Positions 15,851 through 25,002 of a stretch of DNA of 38,243 bases are shown piece by piece. Both the position numbers and the translations under genes were made by a program. Numbering within the stretch: position 1 is the stretch's first letter; each line of letters starts with the position of its first letter. This stretch comes from Candidatus Methylomirabilia bacterium. Its GTDB lineage: Bacteria > Methylomirabilota > Methylomirabilia > Rokubacteriales > CSP1-6. The notes beneath the pieces were generated by a model. The model did not search any database. It saw only the letters and a list, made by a program, of their open reading frames with translations, and was not told the origin of the DNA. The stretch is taken from contig JBGQEL010000035.1 in assembly GCA_041496385.1 (NCBI GenBank), forward strand, positions 1-38,243. The letters run 5' to 3'.

Positions 15851-17539
15851 ATGACGCGACTCGGCGCGCTGCTCACGGTCTCGGTCGTCCTCGGATGGTG
15901 TCTGGTGTCGCCGGCGGCCGCCCAGTCCACGGGCTGGGGGGTGTACGGCGGAGACAACGGCAACACCCGCTTCAGCCAGCTGAGCCGGGTCGACACGTCC
16001 AACGTCGCCAAGCTGAAGGTCGCCTGGGCGCTCCAGCTCGGCTCGCTGCGCTCCCAGGAATCGACGCCCCTGGTGATCGGCGACACCCTCTACGTCACGT
16101 CCTCGCATGGGCCGAAGCACGTCTTCGCGGTCGACGCGAAGACCGGCGCCGCTCGCTGGCGGTACTCGCCGGAGGTGCCCGCGGGCATCGACCAGTTCGC
16201 CTGCTGCGACGTGAACAACCGCGGCGTCGCCTACGCCAACGGCAAGGTCTTCGTCGGCCGCCTCGACGGCCATCTCGTCGCCCTGGACGCGAAGACGGGC
16301 AAGGAGCTGTGGAAGACGCAGGTCGTCGACTTCACGCAGGGCTCGGTCATCACGTCGCCGCCGACCATCGTGAAGAACCTGGTGATCACCGGCTTCGGCG
16401 GCGGCGAGTACGGCGCCCGCGGCCACATCTCGGCCTTCGACCAGGACAGCGGCAAGGAGGTCTGGCGCCTCTGGACGATTCCGGGGCCCGGGGAGCCTGG
16501 TAACGAAACCTGGAAGGGCGATTCGTGGAAGCTGGGCGGCGCCGTCGCCTGGCTGGTGGGCTCGTACGACCCGGCGCTGAACCTGCTCTACTACGGCACC
16601 AGCAATCCCTCGCCCTGGGGCGGCTCCATCCGGGGCGCCGACAGCAGCAACTACGGGATGTTCACGAACCTCTACTCGTCCAGCACCCTGGCGATCAACC
16701 CCGACACCGGCAAGCTCGTCTGGCACTTCCAGCACACGCCTCACGACGCCTGGGACTACGACGGCGTGAACGAGCTGGTCCTCGCGGACGCGAACGTCAA
16801 CGGCCAGATGACGCCGGTGCTGTACAAGGCCGACCGCAACGGCTTCTTCTACGTGATCAACCGGCGGACCGGCCAGCTCATCTCGGCCAAGCCGTTCGTC
16901 GACATCAACTGGGCGACCGGCGTGGACATGGGCACCGGGCGGCCCGTCGAGGTGCCCGAGAAGCGTCCGCGATTCAAGTTCCGCGCGATGAACATCTGCC
17001 CGAACCTGCTCGGCGGCAAGAACTGGCAGCCGATGAGCTACAACCCGCAGACGGGTCTCGTCTACATCCCGTCGCTGAACCTCTGCATGGACATGGAAGG
17101 CGCGGAGCCCGCCTACAAGCGCGGCTCGTTCTACCTCGCGTTCGAGTTCGACCTCGGCAAGGGCGGACCCGGCGGCCACCTGTCCGAGCTGATCGCGTGG
17201 GATCCGCTCAGGCAGCAGAAAGTGTGGGGGAACAAGGACGAGCTGCCGTGGCTCGGCGGCACCCTGGCCACCGCGGGCGGCCTCGTCTTCCACGGCGACA
17301 TCCGCGGCGCCTTCAAGGCGCTCGACGCCAGGACCGGCAAGCTTCTCTGGCAATTCAACACGGGATCGGGGATCAGCGCCGCGCCGATCACGTACGAGAT
17401 CGACGGCAAGCAGTACGTGGCCGTGGTGGCGGGACGCACGTTCACCATCCCCCTCTTCCTCGGGCCGATCGGCGCGAAGATGGTCGCGGCGAGCGCCGAG
17501 GGCGGCACGCTGTTCGTGTTCGAGCTGCCGGCTCCGTGA
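15851..17539 (+). CDS. PQQ-dependent alcohol dehydrogenase (methanol/ethanol family), probably lanthanide-dependent
   Basis: Signal peptide; vicinal CC (ACCDVNNRG); GGGEYGARG; WDYDG with the extra Asp; GGKNWQPMSY; Trp-docking repeats. Confidence 0.93.
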   Translation: MTRLGALLTVSVVLGWCLVSPAAAQSTGWGVYGGDNGNTRFSQLSRVDTSNVAKLKVAWALQLGSLRSQESTPLVIGDTLYVTSSHGPKHVFAVDAKTGAARWRYSPEVPAGIDQFACCDVNNRGVAYANGKVFVGRLDGHLVALDAKTGKELWKTQVVDFTQGSVITSPPTIVKNLVITGFGGGEYGARGHISAFDQDSGKEVWRLWTIPGPGEPGNETWKGDSWKLGGAVAWLVGSYDPALNLLYYGTSNPSPWGGSIRGADSSNYGMFTNLYSSSTLAINPDTGKLVWHFQHTPHDAWDYDGVNELVLADANVNGQMTPVLYKADRNGFFYVINRRTGQLISAKPFVDINWATGVDMGTGRPVEVPEKRPRFKFRAMNICPNLLGGKNWQPMSYNPQTGLVYIPSLNLCMDMEGAEPAYKRGSFYLAFEFDLGKGGPGGHLSELIAWDPLRQQKVWGNKDELPWLGGTLATAGGLVFHGDIRGAFKALDARTGKLLWQFNTGSGISAAPITYEIDGKQYVAVVAGRTFTIPLFLGPIGAKMVAASAEGGTLFVFELPAP

Positions 17540-18627
17540 GCGGCGGCCGCCGGCCGCTCGCCGCCCTCGCCGTCGCCCTGGCTCTGCTGGCGCCCGGCGC
17601 CGGCGAGCCGGCCGGCGCGCTGCGCGTCTGCGCCGACCCCGACAACCTGCCGTTCAGCAGCTCGGAGTCCGGCGACCGGGGTCTCTACATCGAGCTGGCG
17701 GAGCTCGTCGCGGCCCGGCTCGGCGTCGGCGCCGAGTACACGTGGTGGCGCACCTATTTCGGGAAGCGCTCGGTGCGCAGCACGCTCCTGTCGGACCGCT
17801 GCGACGCGTTCTTCGGCCTGCCGGGCGAGACGGACTTCATGGACGCGAGCGTCACGCTCACCCGTCCGTTCCTCGACGTCGGGTACGCGATCATCGCGCC
17901 CGGCACGATCCCGTTCGCGGGGCTCGACGACCTCAAGAGCCGGCGCGTCGCCGTCGCGTTCGGCTCGACGCCCCAGCTGATGCTCGCCGTCCGCGGCGGC
18001 TTCCAGACCGTCACGTTTCGCCTGCCCGAGGAGGCGCTGGACGCGCTGGGCCGCCGGGATGTCGACGCGGCGTTCGTCTGGGGACCGACCGCGGGCTACT
18101 ACAATCTCAAGAAGCTCGGCGGACACCACCACGTCGTCCCCGTCGCCGGCGACGGGCTTCAGTGGAAGGTGGCCGTCGGCGTCCGCAAGGGGGACGCCGG
18201 CCTGAAGGACCAGCTCGAGCGCGCGCTCGCCCACCTCCAGCCCGAGATCCGGCGGCTCGCCGACAAGTACGGCTTCCCGCGCGGGCCCGCGGTCGATCTC
18301 GAGGCCCGCGCGGCGACGCCCCCGGCCGCGGGGCCCGGCGTCGCGGTCAATCCCTTCCAGGGCGATCCCGCCGCGGTCCCGGCCGGCCGGAGCGCGTTCA
18401 ACCAGCACTGCTCGCGCTGCCACTCGCCGAACGCGATGAGCCCCGAGCCCAGCCGCGATCTCCGCCGGCTGAAGTTGCGCTACGGCGAGACGATGGCGCA
18501 GGTGTTCCACGCCGCCGTGACGCACGGGCGGCCCGACAAGGGCATGCCCCGCTGGAGCGACGTGATCGACACCGCGACCATCTGGAAGATGTGGACGTTC
18601 CTCGAATCGGTCCAGCTCGACCCCTGA
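17536..18627 (+). CDS. Fusion of an MxaJ/XoxJ-like substrate-binding domain and a C-terminal cytochrome c
   Basis: LRVCADPDNLPFS, VDAAFVWGPTAGY; C-terminal NPFQGD..G...FNQHCSRCH and GMP (axial Met); GTGA overlap with the dehydrogenase stop. Confidence 0.88.
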   Translation: MSGGRRPLAALAVALALLAPGAGEPAGALRVCADPDNLPFSSSESGDRGLYIELAELVAARLGVGAEYTWWRTYFGKRSVRSTLLSDRCDAFFGLPGETDFMDASVTLTRPFLDVGYAIIAPGTIPFAGLDDLKSRRVAVAFGSTPQLMLAVRGGFQTVTFRLPEEALDALGRRDVDAAFVWGPTAGYYNLKKLGGHHHVVPVAGDGLQWKVAVGVRKGDAGLKDQLERALAHLQPEIRRLADKYGFPRGPAVDLEARAATPPAAGPGVAVNPFQGDPAAVPAGRSAFNQHCSRCHSPNAMSPEPSRDLRRLKLRYGETMAQVFHAAVTHGRPDKGMPRWSDVIDTATIWKMWTFLESVQLDP

Positions 18628-18628
18628 G

Positions 18629-19039
18629 TCAGCGGAACCCCCAGGTGAAGACCCGCGTCGGCGTCACCTCGACGACGACGGAGTCGGACTCGTCGATCGC
18701 CGCCTCGCGCGCGTACTGCGGATACTTCCGGTAGAGCAGCGCGCGGATGCGCCGGAACTTCGGCCCGCGCGCGATCAGCGCGGCGCGCCCCTGCACCATC
18801 ACCCCTGTGATGTGGGCCCAGTCCTCCGAGTAGAGGTCCACCGTGAGCGCGACGCCGGGGTTCTCGGCGAGGTTCAGCGCCTTGCGGCCCTTGCGGCCCG
18901 AGGCGAAGTAGATCCTGCCGCCCTGGACCACCTGGCAGACCGGAACCACGTGCGGCGTCCCGCGGCGCCCCACCGTCGCGACGCGGCAGACCCGCTCCCG
19001 CTCGATCAGCCGCGCGGCCTTCACCGTCAGCCGGGCCAC
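18629..19039 (-). CDS. Pyridoxamine 5'-phosphate oxidase (split-barrel flavin/F420-binding) family protein
   Basis: RVATV...PHVVPV, K..NL.ENP.V.L.VD, GVMVQGRA, KYPQY. Confidence 0.85.
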   Translation of the reverse strand: MARLTVKAARLIERERVCRVATVGRRGTPHVVPVCQVVQGGRIYFASGRKGRKALNLAENPGVALTVDLYSEDWAHITGVMVQGRAALIARGPKFRRIRALLYRKYPQYAREAAIDESDSVVVEVTPTRVFTWGFR

Positions 19040-19040
19040 G

Positions 19041-19895
19041 TCAGGCGCCCGCGCCGGTGAATTTCAGGATGGCGTCGACCACGACCTCCGGCCGCTCCTC
19101 GGGAATGAAGTGGCCGCAGGCCGGCACCGAGAACCCGTCGAGCGGTCCCGCGCAGCGCGCCTTCCAGACGGCGAGCATGTCCTTCGCCTGCGCGGCGCGC
19201 CCCTCGCCCCAGAGCACGAGGGTCGGGACGGCGATCTTCCGGTCGCGGTCGGCGCCGTCGTGCTCCATGTCGAGCGTCGCGCCGGCGCGGTAGTCCTCGA
19301 ACCCCGCGCGCATCGCGCCGGGCTGGCGGAAGCAGCGCACGTACTCCTGCACGGCCTCCTCCTCGATGGCCGCGGGATTCAGCGCCCACGCCCGGTACAT
19401 GTAGCGCAGGTAGACGTCCTCGCGCCCGGCGGTGAGCGCCTCGGGCAGGTCGGGGAGCTGGTGGAAGAACCAGTGCCAGCGGTTGAGCGCGTTCGTCATG
19501 TCGACCGATGTGAAGACGTCGTAGGTCGGCGCGATGTCGAGCAGCACCAGGCGCGTGAGGAGCGCGCCGTGATCGAGCGCGAAGCGGTGCGCCACGCGCG
19601 CGCCCCGGTCGTGGCCGACCAGGACCACGGGGCCCAGGTCGAGCGCGCGGATCAGGTCGGCCACGTCCGCCGCCATCGTGCGCTTGTCGTACCCGCTGCG
19701 CGGGCGGTCGGAGTCGCCGTAGCCGCGCAGGTCGGGCGCGACGACGCCGAAGCGCTCGGCCAGCGCGGGCATCACCTTGCGCCACATGTGGCCGGTCTGG
19801 GGGTAGCCGTGGAGGAGCACCAGGCCGGGGCCCCGACCGAGCCGCCGGTAGTGGATGCGGACGCGGTCGCGCGTGGTCACGACGTTCCTGATCAT
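19041..19895 (-). CDS. Alpha/beta hydrolase, haloacetate/fluoroacetate dehalogenase-like
   Basis: LLHGYPQT, GHDRGARV, LDIAPT, WHWFF, EDYRA, GHFIPEE. Confidence 0.85.
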   Translation of the reverse strand: MIRNVVTTRDRVRIHYRRLGRGPGLVLLHGYPQTGHMWRKVMPALAERFGVVAPDLRGYGDSDRPRSGYDKRTMAADVADLIRALDLGPVVLVGHDRGARVAHRFALDHGALLTRLVLLDIAPTYDVFTSVDMTNALNRWHWFFHQLPDLPEALTAGREDVYLRYMYRAWALNPAAIEEEAVQEYVRCFRQPGAMRAGFEDYRAGATLDMEHDGADRDRKIAVPTLVLWGEGRAAQAKDMLAVWKARCAGPLDGFSVPACGHFIPEERPEVVVDAILKFTGAGA

Positions 19896-20446
19896 GGGTA
19901 GAGCCGTCCTTTCTGCAGGCGCCGGTGACACAGGAAGAGCGTCAGCTCCACGGCCCGCGCCGGCACCCCGAGCCGCCGCGCGTGGCGTCGCAGCTCACCG
20001 AGATACTCGAGCCAGTCGGCGAGCGCGAAGCCGCGCCCCGAGGGCTTGCGCCTCACGGTGCCCAGGCCGAAGAGGAGCTGCCAGGCGCGGATGTCGAGGA
20101 CGCCGTAGCGCCGCGGGTCCACGAGCGTGAGGATCGCCGACGCGGTCGGCACGCTCACGCCGTGGAGCCCGGTGAGCAGCTCCATGCGCCGCCGCTCGCT
20201 CCGCGTCCCGAAGACCGCGCGCGACGCGCGGCGGATCCGCGGCGCCGGGTTCCGCTCGCAGTGGTGGATCGCCCGCGGGCTCTTCCAGCGGCACATGGCC
20301 AGGAACTCGGCGCGGGAGAACCGGCCACGCCGCTTGACGTGCACGAGCCGCGCGACGAGCGCCGCCGTCCCCGGATCCTCGCCGCCGGCCAGCTCGCGCC
20401 GGAGCAGCGCCGCCACGCTCGCGTACGGGACGCGCCGGAGCCCCAT
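19892..20446 (-). CDS. Hypothetical protein with helix-hairpin-helix (HhH-GPD-like) motif
   Basis: WKSPR; LTGLHGVSVPTASAIL followed by YGVLDIRAW. Confidence 0.6.
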   Translation of the reverse strand: MGLRRVPYASVAALLRRELAGGEDPGTAALVARLVHVKRRGRFSRAEFLAMCRWKSPRAIHHCERNPAPRIRRASRAVFGTRSERRRMELLTGLHGVSVPTASAILTLVDPRRYGVLDIRAWQLLFGLGTVRRKPSGRGFALADWLEYLGELRRHARRLGVPARAVELTLFLCHRRLQKGRLYP

Positions 20447-20453
20447 CGGGCCG

Positions 20454-22805
20454 TCAGCGCGCCGCCGCGCCGCCCGCGCCGCGGAGCGCGGCGAGCACGC
20501 GCTCGGCGGTCACCGGCTGCTCGGTGAGCATGACGCCCCAGGGCGCCAGCGCGTCGTTGACGGCGTTCAGGATCGCGGCCGGCGCGCCCGCCGTCCCGCC
20601 CTCGCCGGCGCCCTTGAAGCCGCCGGCGATCCCGGGCGCCGGCGTCTCGAGATGGTGGACCTCGATCGGCGGGAGATCGGCGGCGGCCGGCAGGGCGTAG
20701 TCCATGAGCGTCGTCGTGAGGAGCTGCCCAGTCTCGTCGTAGACGCAGTGCTCGCCGAGCGCCCCGCCGATCCCCTGCGCCACCCCGCCGCGCACCTGGC
20801 CGTCGACGAGCGCCGGATTCACGAGCCTCCCGCAGTCGTCCACGGCGACGTACTTCACCACGCGCACGCGCCCGGTCTCGACGTCGAGCTCGACCATCGC
20901 CAGGTGGGCGCCGTTCGTGAACGTCCAGGCCCCGGGGTTCGTGTAGTGGACCGTCGCCTCGAGGCTCGGCTCGACGCCGCGGAGCTCGTTCGAGCGGAAG
21001 TGGACCGTCCGCGCGAGGGCGCCGAGCGTCAGCGCGCGGTCGGTGCCGCGGACCGCGGCCGTCCCGTCCCGAAGCTCGACGTCGTCCGCGTGCGCCTCGA
21101 GCAGCGCGGCGGCGACCGTCTGCACGCGCGCGCGGAGCGCGCGGCCCGCCAGGAGCGTCGCGCTCCCGCCGATCGGCATGCCGCGGCTCGCCCACGTGCC
21201 GCCGCCGTAGGGGACGACCGCCGTGTCGCCCGCGACCACGGCGATCGACTCGACGGCGACGCCCAGCTCGTCGGCGACGATCTGGGCGAGCGCGGTGCGC
21301 GTGCCCTGGCCCTGGTCGGTCAGCCCGGTCAGCACGGTGACGGCGCCCGAGGGCTCCAGGCGCACCGTCGTCCCCTCCTGGCCCGAGATGGGCGCGCCGC
21401 CGACGCCGTAGAACTGGGCGCCCGGCCCCGTCAGCTCGACGAAGCACGAGAGCCCGATGCCGAGGGCGCGCCCCGCCGCGCGCGCGCGGCGCTGCTCGCG
21501 TCGCAGCTCGTCGTAGCCCGATGTCTGCACGAGCGTCTCGAGGGCGGCGAGGTAGCTCCCGCTGTCGTACACGCTGCCCGTCGCGGAGGTGAACGGGAAC
21601 TCGTCGGGGCGCACGAGGTTCCGGCGCCGGATCTCGACCGGGTCGAGGCCGAGATCGCGCGCGATCAGCTCGATCATGCCCTCCGTCACCGCGGCCGCGA
21701 TCGGGTGGCCGACGGCGCGGTACTGCGAGGTGACCGTCTTGTTCTGCGCGACGACCCGGAGCGTCCCCTCGTAGTGGCGCAGGCGATAGGGCCCCGGCAG
21801 GAGGCGCAGCACCTGCCCACCCTCCACCACGCTCGAGCGCGGATAGGCGGAGTACGGGCCGACCGCGGCGGTGATGGCCGCGCGCATGGCGGTGAGCGTG
21901 CCGTCGGCCGCCGCGGCGACCTCGACGCTGACCGTCTGCTCGCGCGCGTGGATGTCGGAGAGAAACGACTCGCGCCGCGTCGCGACCCACTTCACGGGCC
22001 GGCCCAGCGTCAGCGCCAGCGCGCAGGCCGCCATGTCGTCCTGGTAGACGTGGATCTTGATCCCGAAGCTCCCGCCGACGTCCGGCGCGACGACGCGCAC
22101 GCGCTGCTCGGGCAGGTCGAAGAGGTCCGCGACGATCGCCTGCATCATGTGCGGCACCTGGGACGAGATCCAGAGCGTCAGGGCCCGCGTCGCGGGCTCG
22201 TAGTCGGCGACCAGGCTCCGCGGCTCCAGCGGCACGCCCGTGTGACGGCCGATCCGGAAGGTCCGCCGCCAGGTCCGCGGCGCCTCCGCGAAGGCGCGCG
22301 CGGCGTCGCCGCCGGCGAGCCGCGTCTCGTAGATCACGTTGTCGCCGAGCTCCGGATGGATGAGCGGGGCACCCGGCGCCAGCGCGGCGTCCGGATCGAG
22401 GACGGCGGGCAGCGGCTCGTACTCGACCCGCGCGCGCTGCGCGGCGTCCTCGGCCGCGGCGCGCGACTCCGCGGCGATTGCGACGATGGGCTCGCCCACG
22501 CAGCGGACGCGCTCGACGGCGAGCGGCAGCATCGCGCCCGTCTTCATCCCCGTGTAGTGGAGCAGCACGCCCCGGTAGGGCTTGCAGAGCCGGCGCGCCT
22601 CTTCACCCGTGAGGACGCCGGCGACGCCGGGCGCCCGGCGCGCGCGCTCGACGTCCACGCGGACGAGGCGCGCGTGGGCGTGGAGGCTCCGGACGAAGGC
22701 GACGTGGACCATGCGGGGGAGGACGATGTCGTCCACGTAGCGCCCGCGCCCCGTCAGGATCCGCGGGTCGTCGGGGCGCTTCATCCGCGATCCGACGTGC
22801 GGCAC
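20454..22805 (-). CDS. Xanthine dehydrogenase family molybdopterin-binding large subunit (CoxL-like)
   Basis: GRGRYVDD, DVGGSFGIK, QGQGTRT, DDCGRLVNP, GGVAQGIG, KGAGEGG; active-site loop QYRAVGHP. Confidence 0.92.
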   Translation of the reverse strand: MPHVGSRMKRPDDPRILTGRGRYVDDIVLPRMVHVAFVRSLHAHARLVRVDVERARRAPGVAGVLTGEEARRLCKPYRGVLLHYTGMKTGAMLPLAVERVRCVGEPIVAIAAESRAAAEDAAQRARVEYEPLPAVLDPDAALAPGAPLIHPELGDNVIYETRLAGGDAARAFAEAPRTWRRTFRIGRHTGVPLEPRSLVADYEPATRALTLWISSQVPHMMQAIVADLFDLPEQRVRVVAPDVGGSFGIKIHVYQDDMAACALALTLGRPVKWVATRRESFLSDIHAREQTVSVEVAAAADGTLTAMRAAITAAVGPYSAYPRSSVVEGGQVLRLLPGPYRLRHYEGTLRVVAQNKTVTSQYRAVGHPIAAAVTEGMIELIARDLGLDPVEIRRRNLVRPDEFPFTSATGSVYDSGSYLAALETLVQTSGYDELRREQRRARAAGRALGIGLSCFVELTGPGAQFYGVGGAPISGQEGTTVRLEPSGAVTVLTGLTDQGQGTRTALAQIVADELGVAVESIAVVAGDTAVVPYGGGTWASRGMPIGGSATLLAGRALRARVQTVAAALLEAHADDVELRDGTAAVRGTDRALTLGALARTVHFRSNELRGVEPSLEATVHYTNPGAWTFTNGAHLAMVELDVETGRVRVVKYVAVDDCGRLVNPALVDGQVRGGVAQGIGGALGEHCVYDETGQLLTTTLMDYALPAAADLPPIEVHHLETPAPGIAGGFKGAGEGGTAGAPAAILNAVNDALAPWGVMLTEQPVTAERVLAALRGAGGAAAR

Positions 22806-22812
22806 GCGCGGG

Positions 22813-22869
22813 AGTCTAGCACGGTTGACACGGCGTTCATTGACAGGGCGGCACCCCCCCTCCTATCAT
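22813..22869. promoter_or_regulatory. Divergent sigma70-type promoters
   Basis: Plus strand: TTGACA(22840)-N18-TATCAT(22864), with a second TTGACA at 22825. Minus strand: TGC-TAGACT 7 nt before GTG 22805. Confidence 0.6.
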
Positions 22870-22896
22870 TCGGCCACTCTCACCAAGGAGGCGCTC

Positions 22897-24114
22897 ATGG
22901 ATCGACGATCGTTCCTCGTGACCGGCACCGCCGTCGCCGCCGGCCTGGCGTTTCCCGCCGTCCTGCGCGCGCAGTCGAAGGACCCGATCCGGATCGGCTG
23001 CCCGCTGCCGCTGACCGGACCCTTCGGCGCGCTCGCCGCGGACATGCAGCGCGGCGCGCAGCTCGCCGTGGATGAGCTGAACGCCAAGGGCGGCATCCTC
23101 GGCCGCAAGGTCGAGGTGCTCTTCCGCGACGACCAGCTCAAGCCCGCGGTCGGCGCCCAGCGCACGCAGGAGCTGATCGAGAACGAGAAGTGCCTCTTCA
23201 TCGTCGGCGGCCTCGCCGCCCACGTCCAGATGGCCATCAACGAGCAGACCAAGAAGTCGAAGATCCTGTTCGTCTCGACCAGCCAGTCGGACGAGATCAG
23301 CGCCAAGCCCGACACGAGCCCGCTCACCTTCCACGAGGCCCTCAATCCGACGATCACCTCCCGCGTCGTCGGCAGCTGGATCGCCGACAACCTCGGCAAG
23401 CGCTGGTGGATCATCTACGCCGACTACGCCTGGGGCAAGCAGAACAACGCGGTCCTGCAGGACGTCCTCAAGAAGAAGGGCGGGACGCTGCTCGGCTCGA
23501 CGCCGTACCCGCTGGGGAGCGCCGAGTTCTCGGCGCACCTGCCGAAGATCACGGCGGCGAAGCCCGAGGTCCTCGTGACGGTCACGCCGGGCGCCGACAA
23601 CGTCGCGTTCCTGAAGCAGGTCGGGAGCTTCGGCATGCGCAAGGAGATGAAGATCGCCCAGCCGCTCCACTGGCTGCCGCAGGCCAAGGAGGGCGGCCCC
23701 GAGCTCTACCAGGACATCTACGCCGGCATCAACTACTACTGGGAGCTCGGCGACACGGTCCCGCAGGCCAAGCGCTACAACGACGCGTTCTTGAAGAAGC
23801 ACGGCCAGCCGGCCGGTGACTACTCCTGCTACAGCTACAGCGGCATCATGGAGGTCGCGCGCGGCTGCGAGCTGGCCAAGTCCACGGACTCGATGGCCGT
23901 GGCCGACGCGCTCCGCAAGAACCCCGTCTACGACCACTACAAGGGCAAGCAGTGGTGGCGCGCCTGCGACAACAAGTCCTTCCAGGACATGTGGATCGTC
24001 AAGGGCCGCGGGCCGGGCAAGACGCGCGGCGAGTGGGGGCTGCTCGAGGTCGTGTCCAAGGTGCCGGCCAACGAGGAGATGGACCGCACCTGCGCCGAAA
24101 AGGGCCACGCCTAG
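22897..24114 (+). CDS. Liv-family ABC substrate-binding protein with Tat signal
   Basis: MDRRSFL twin-arginine; PLTGPFG, GGILGRKVE, YADYAWG; AAGGAGG RBS. Confidence 0.92.
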   Translation: MDRRSFLVTGTAVAAGLAFPAVLRAQSKDPIRIGCPLPLTGPFGALAADMQRGAQLAVDELNAKGGILGRKVEVLFRDDQLKPAVGAQRTQELIENEKCLFIVGGLAAHVQMAINEQTKKSKILFVSTSQSDEISAKPDTSPLTFHEALNPTITSRVVGSWIADNLGKRWWIIYADYAWGKQNNAVLQDVLKKKGGTLLGSTPYPLGSAEFSAHLPKITAAKPEVLVTVTPGADNVAFLKQVGSFGMRKEMKIAQPLHWLPQAKEGGPELYQDIYAGINYYWELGDTVPQAKRYNDAFLKKHGQPAGDYSCYSYSGIMEVARGCELAKSTDSMAVADALRKNPVYDHYKGKQWWRACDNKSFQDMWIVKGRGPGKTRGEWGLLEVVSKVPANEEMDRTCAEKGHA

Positions 24115-24117
24115 CAC

Positions 24118-25002
24118 GTGGCCGATCTGACGCTGGCGACGCTGGCAGCCCAGGTCTTCACGGGCCTCGTGCTCGGGATGATCCTGGTGCTGCTGGCGAT
24201 CGGCCTCAGCCTGATCTTCGGGCTGATGACCGTGGTGAACTTCGCCCACGGCTCCCTCTACATGCTCGGCGCCTATCTCGGATTCTTCCTGATCGGCTAC
24301 ACGAAGAACTTCTGGTTCGCGCTGGTCGTCGCGCCGCTGCTCGTCGGCGTCTTCGGCCTCCTGATGGAGCGCTTCCTCGTGCGTCCGCTCTACGGGCGCT
24401 CGATCGACGACCCGCTGCTACTCACGTTCGGGCTCTCGCTCGTGCTGGTCGAGGCGGTGAGGCTGATCTGGGGCAAGATCGGCCTCACGCTCGATCCGCC
24501 GCGCCAGCTCGCCGGCGCCGTCAACCTCGGCTTCACGGCGTTTCCGCTCTACCGCCTCTTCGTCATCGGCGTCACGATCGCGGTCCTCGTGGCGCTCTGG
24601 CTCTTCCTCGAGAAGACCAACATCGGGCTCATCATCCGCGCCGGCTCGCGCGACGCGCTCATGGTGCGGGCGCTCGGCTTCGACCTCGGCCGTGTCTGGC
24701 TGCTCGTGTTCGGCATCGGCACCGCGCTGGCGGGCCTCGCGGGCATCCTCGCCGGGCCCATGCGCGGCGTCTACGCCGAGATGGGCGTGACGATCGTCAT
24801 CGAGTCGTTCGTCGTCGTCGTCGTGGGCGGCATGGGCAGCCTCGTCGGCGCGATCGTCGCCGGCATCTTCATCGGCGAGGTCGTGAGTCTCACGACGCTC
24901 TTCGCGCCGAAGTTCGCCGAGATCATGGTGTTTGTGGTGATGGCGCTCGTGCTCCTCGTCCGGCCGAGCGGGCTCTTCGGCGAAGCCGGACTGATGGAAT
25001 GA
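24118..25002 (+). CDS. livH: Branched-chain amino acid ABC permease, LivH-like
   Basis: GLSLIFGLMTVVNFAHG, VVVVGGMGS, LVRPSGLFG. Confidence 0.92.
   Translation: MADLTLATLAAQVFTGLVLGMILVLLAIGLSLIFGLMTVVNFAHGSLYMLGAYLGFFLIGYTKNFWFALVVAPLLVGVFGLLMERFLVRPLYGRSIDDPLLLTFGLSLVLVEAVRLIWGKIGLTLDPPRQLAGAVNLGFTAFPLYRLFVIGVTIAVLVALWLFLEKTNIGLIIRAGSRDALMVRALGFDLGRVWLLVFGIGTALAGLAGILAGPMRGVYAEMGVTIVIESFVVVVVGGMGSLVGAIVAGIFIGEVVSLTTLFAPKFAEIMVFVVMALVLLVRPSGLFGEAGLME

Noticed and set aside
20454..22805. Aerobic CO dehydrogenase (coxL form I)
   Set aside because: Lacks AYxCSFR and adjacent coxM/coxS.
20127..23075. 982-aa plus-strand ORF and other long Arg/Ala/Pro-rich ORFs (107..1657, 6686..8575, 10740..12530, 15056..17353, 35409..37427)
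   Set aside because: Antisense or alternate-frame shadows of well-supported genes, expected at this GC content; no recognisable motifs.
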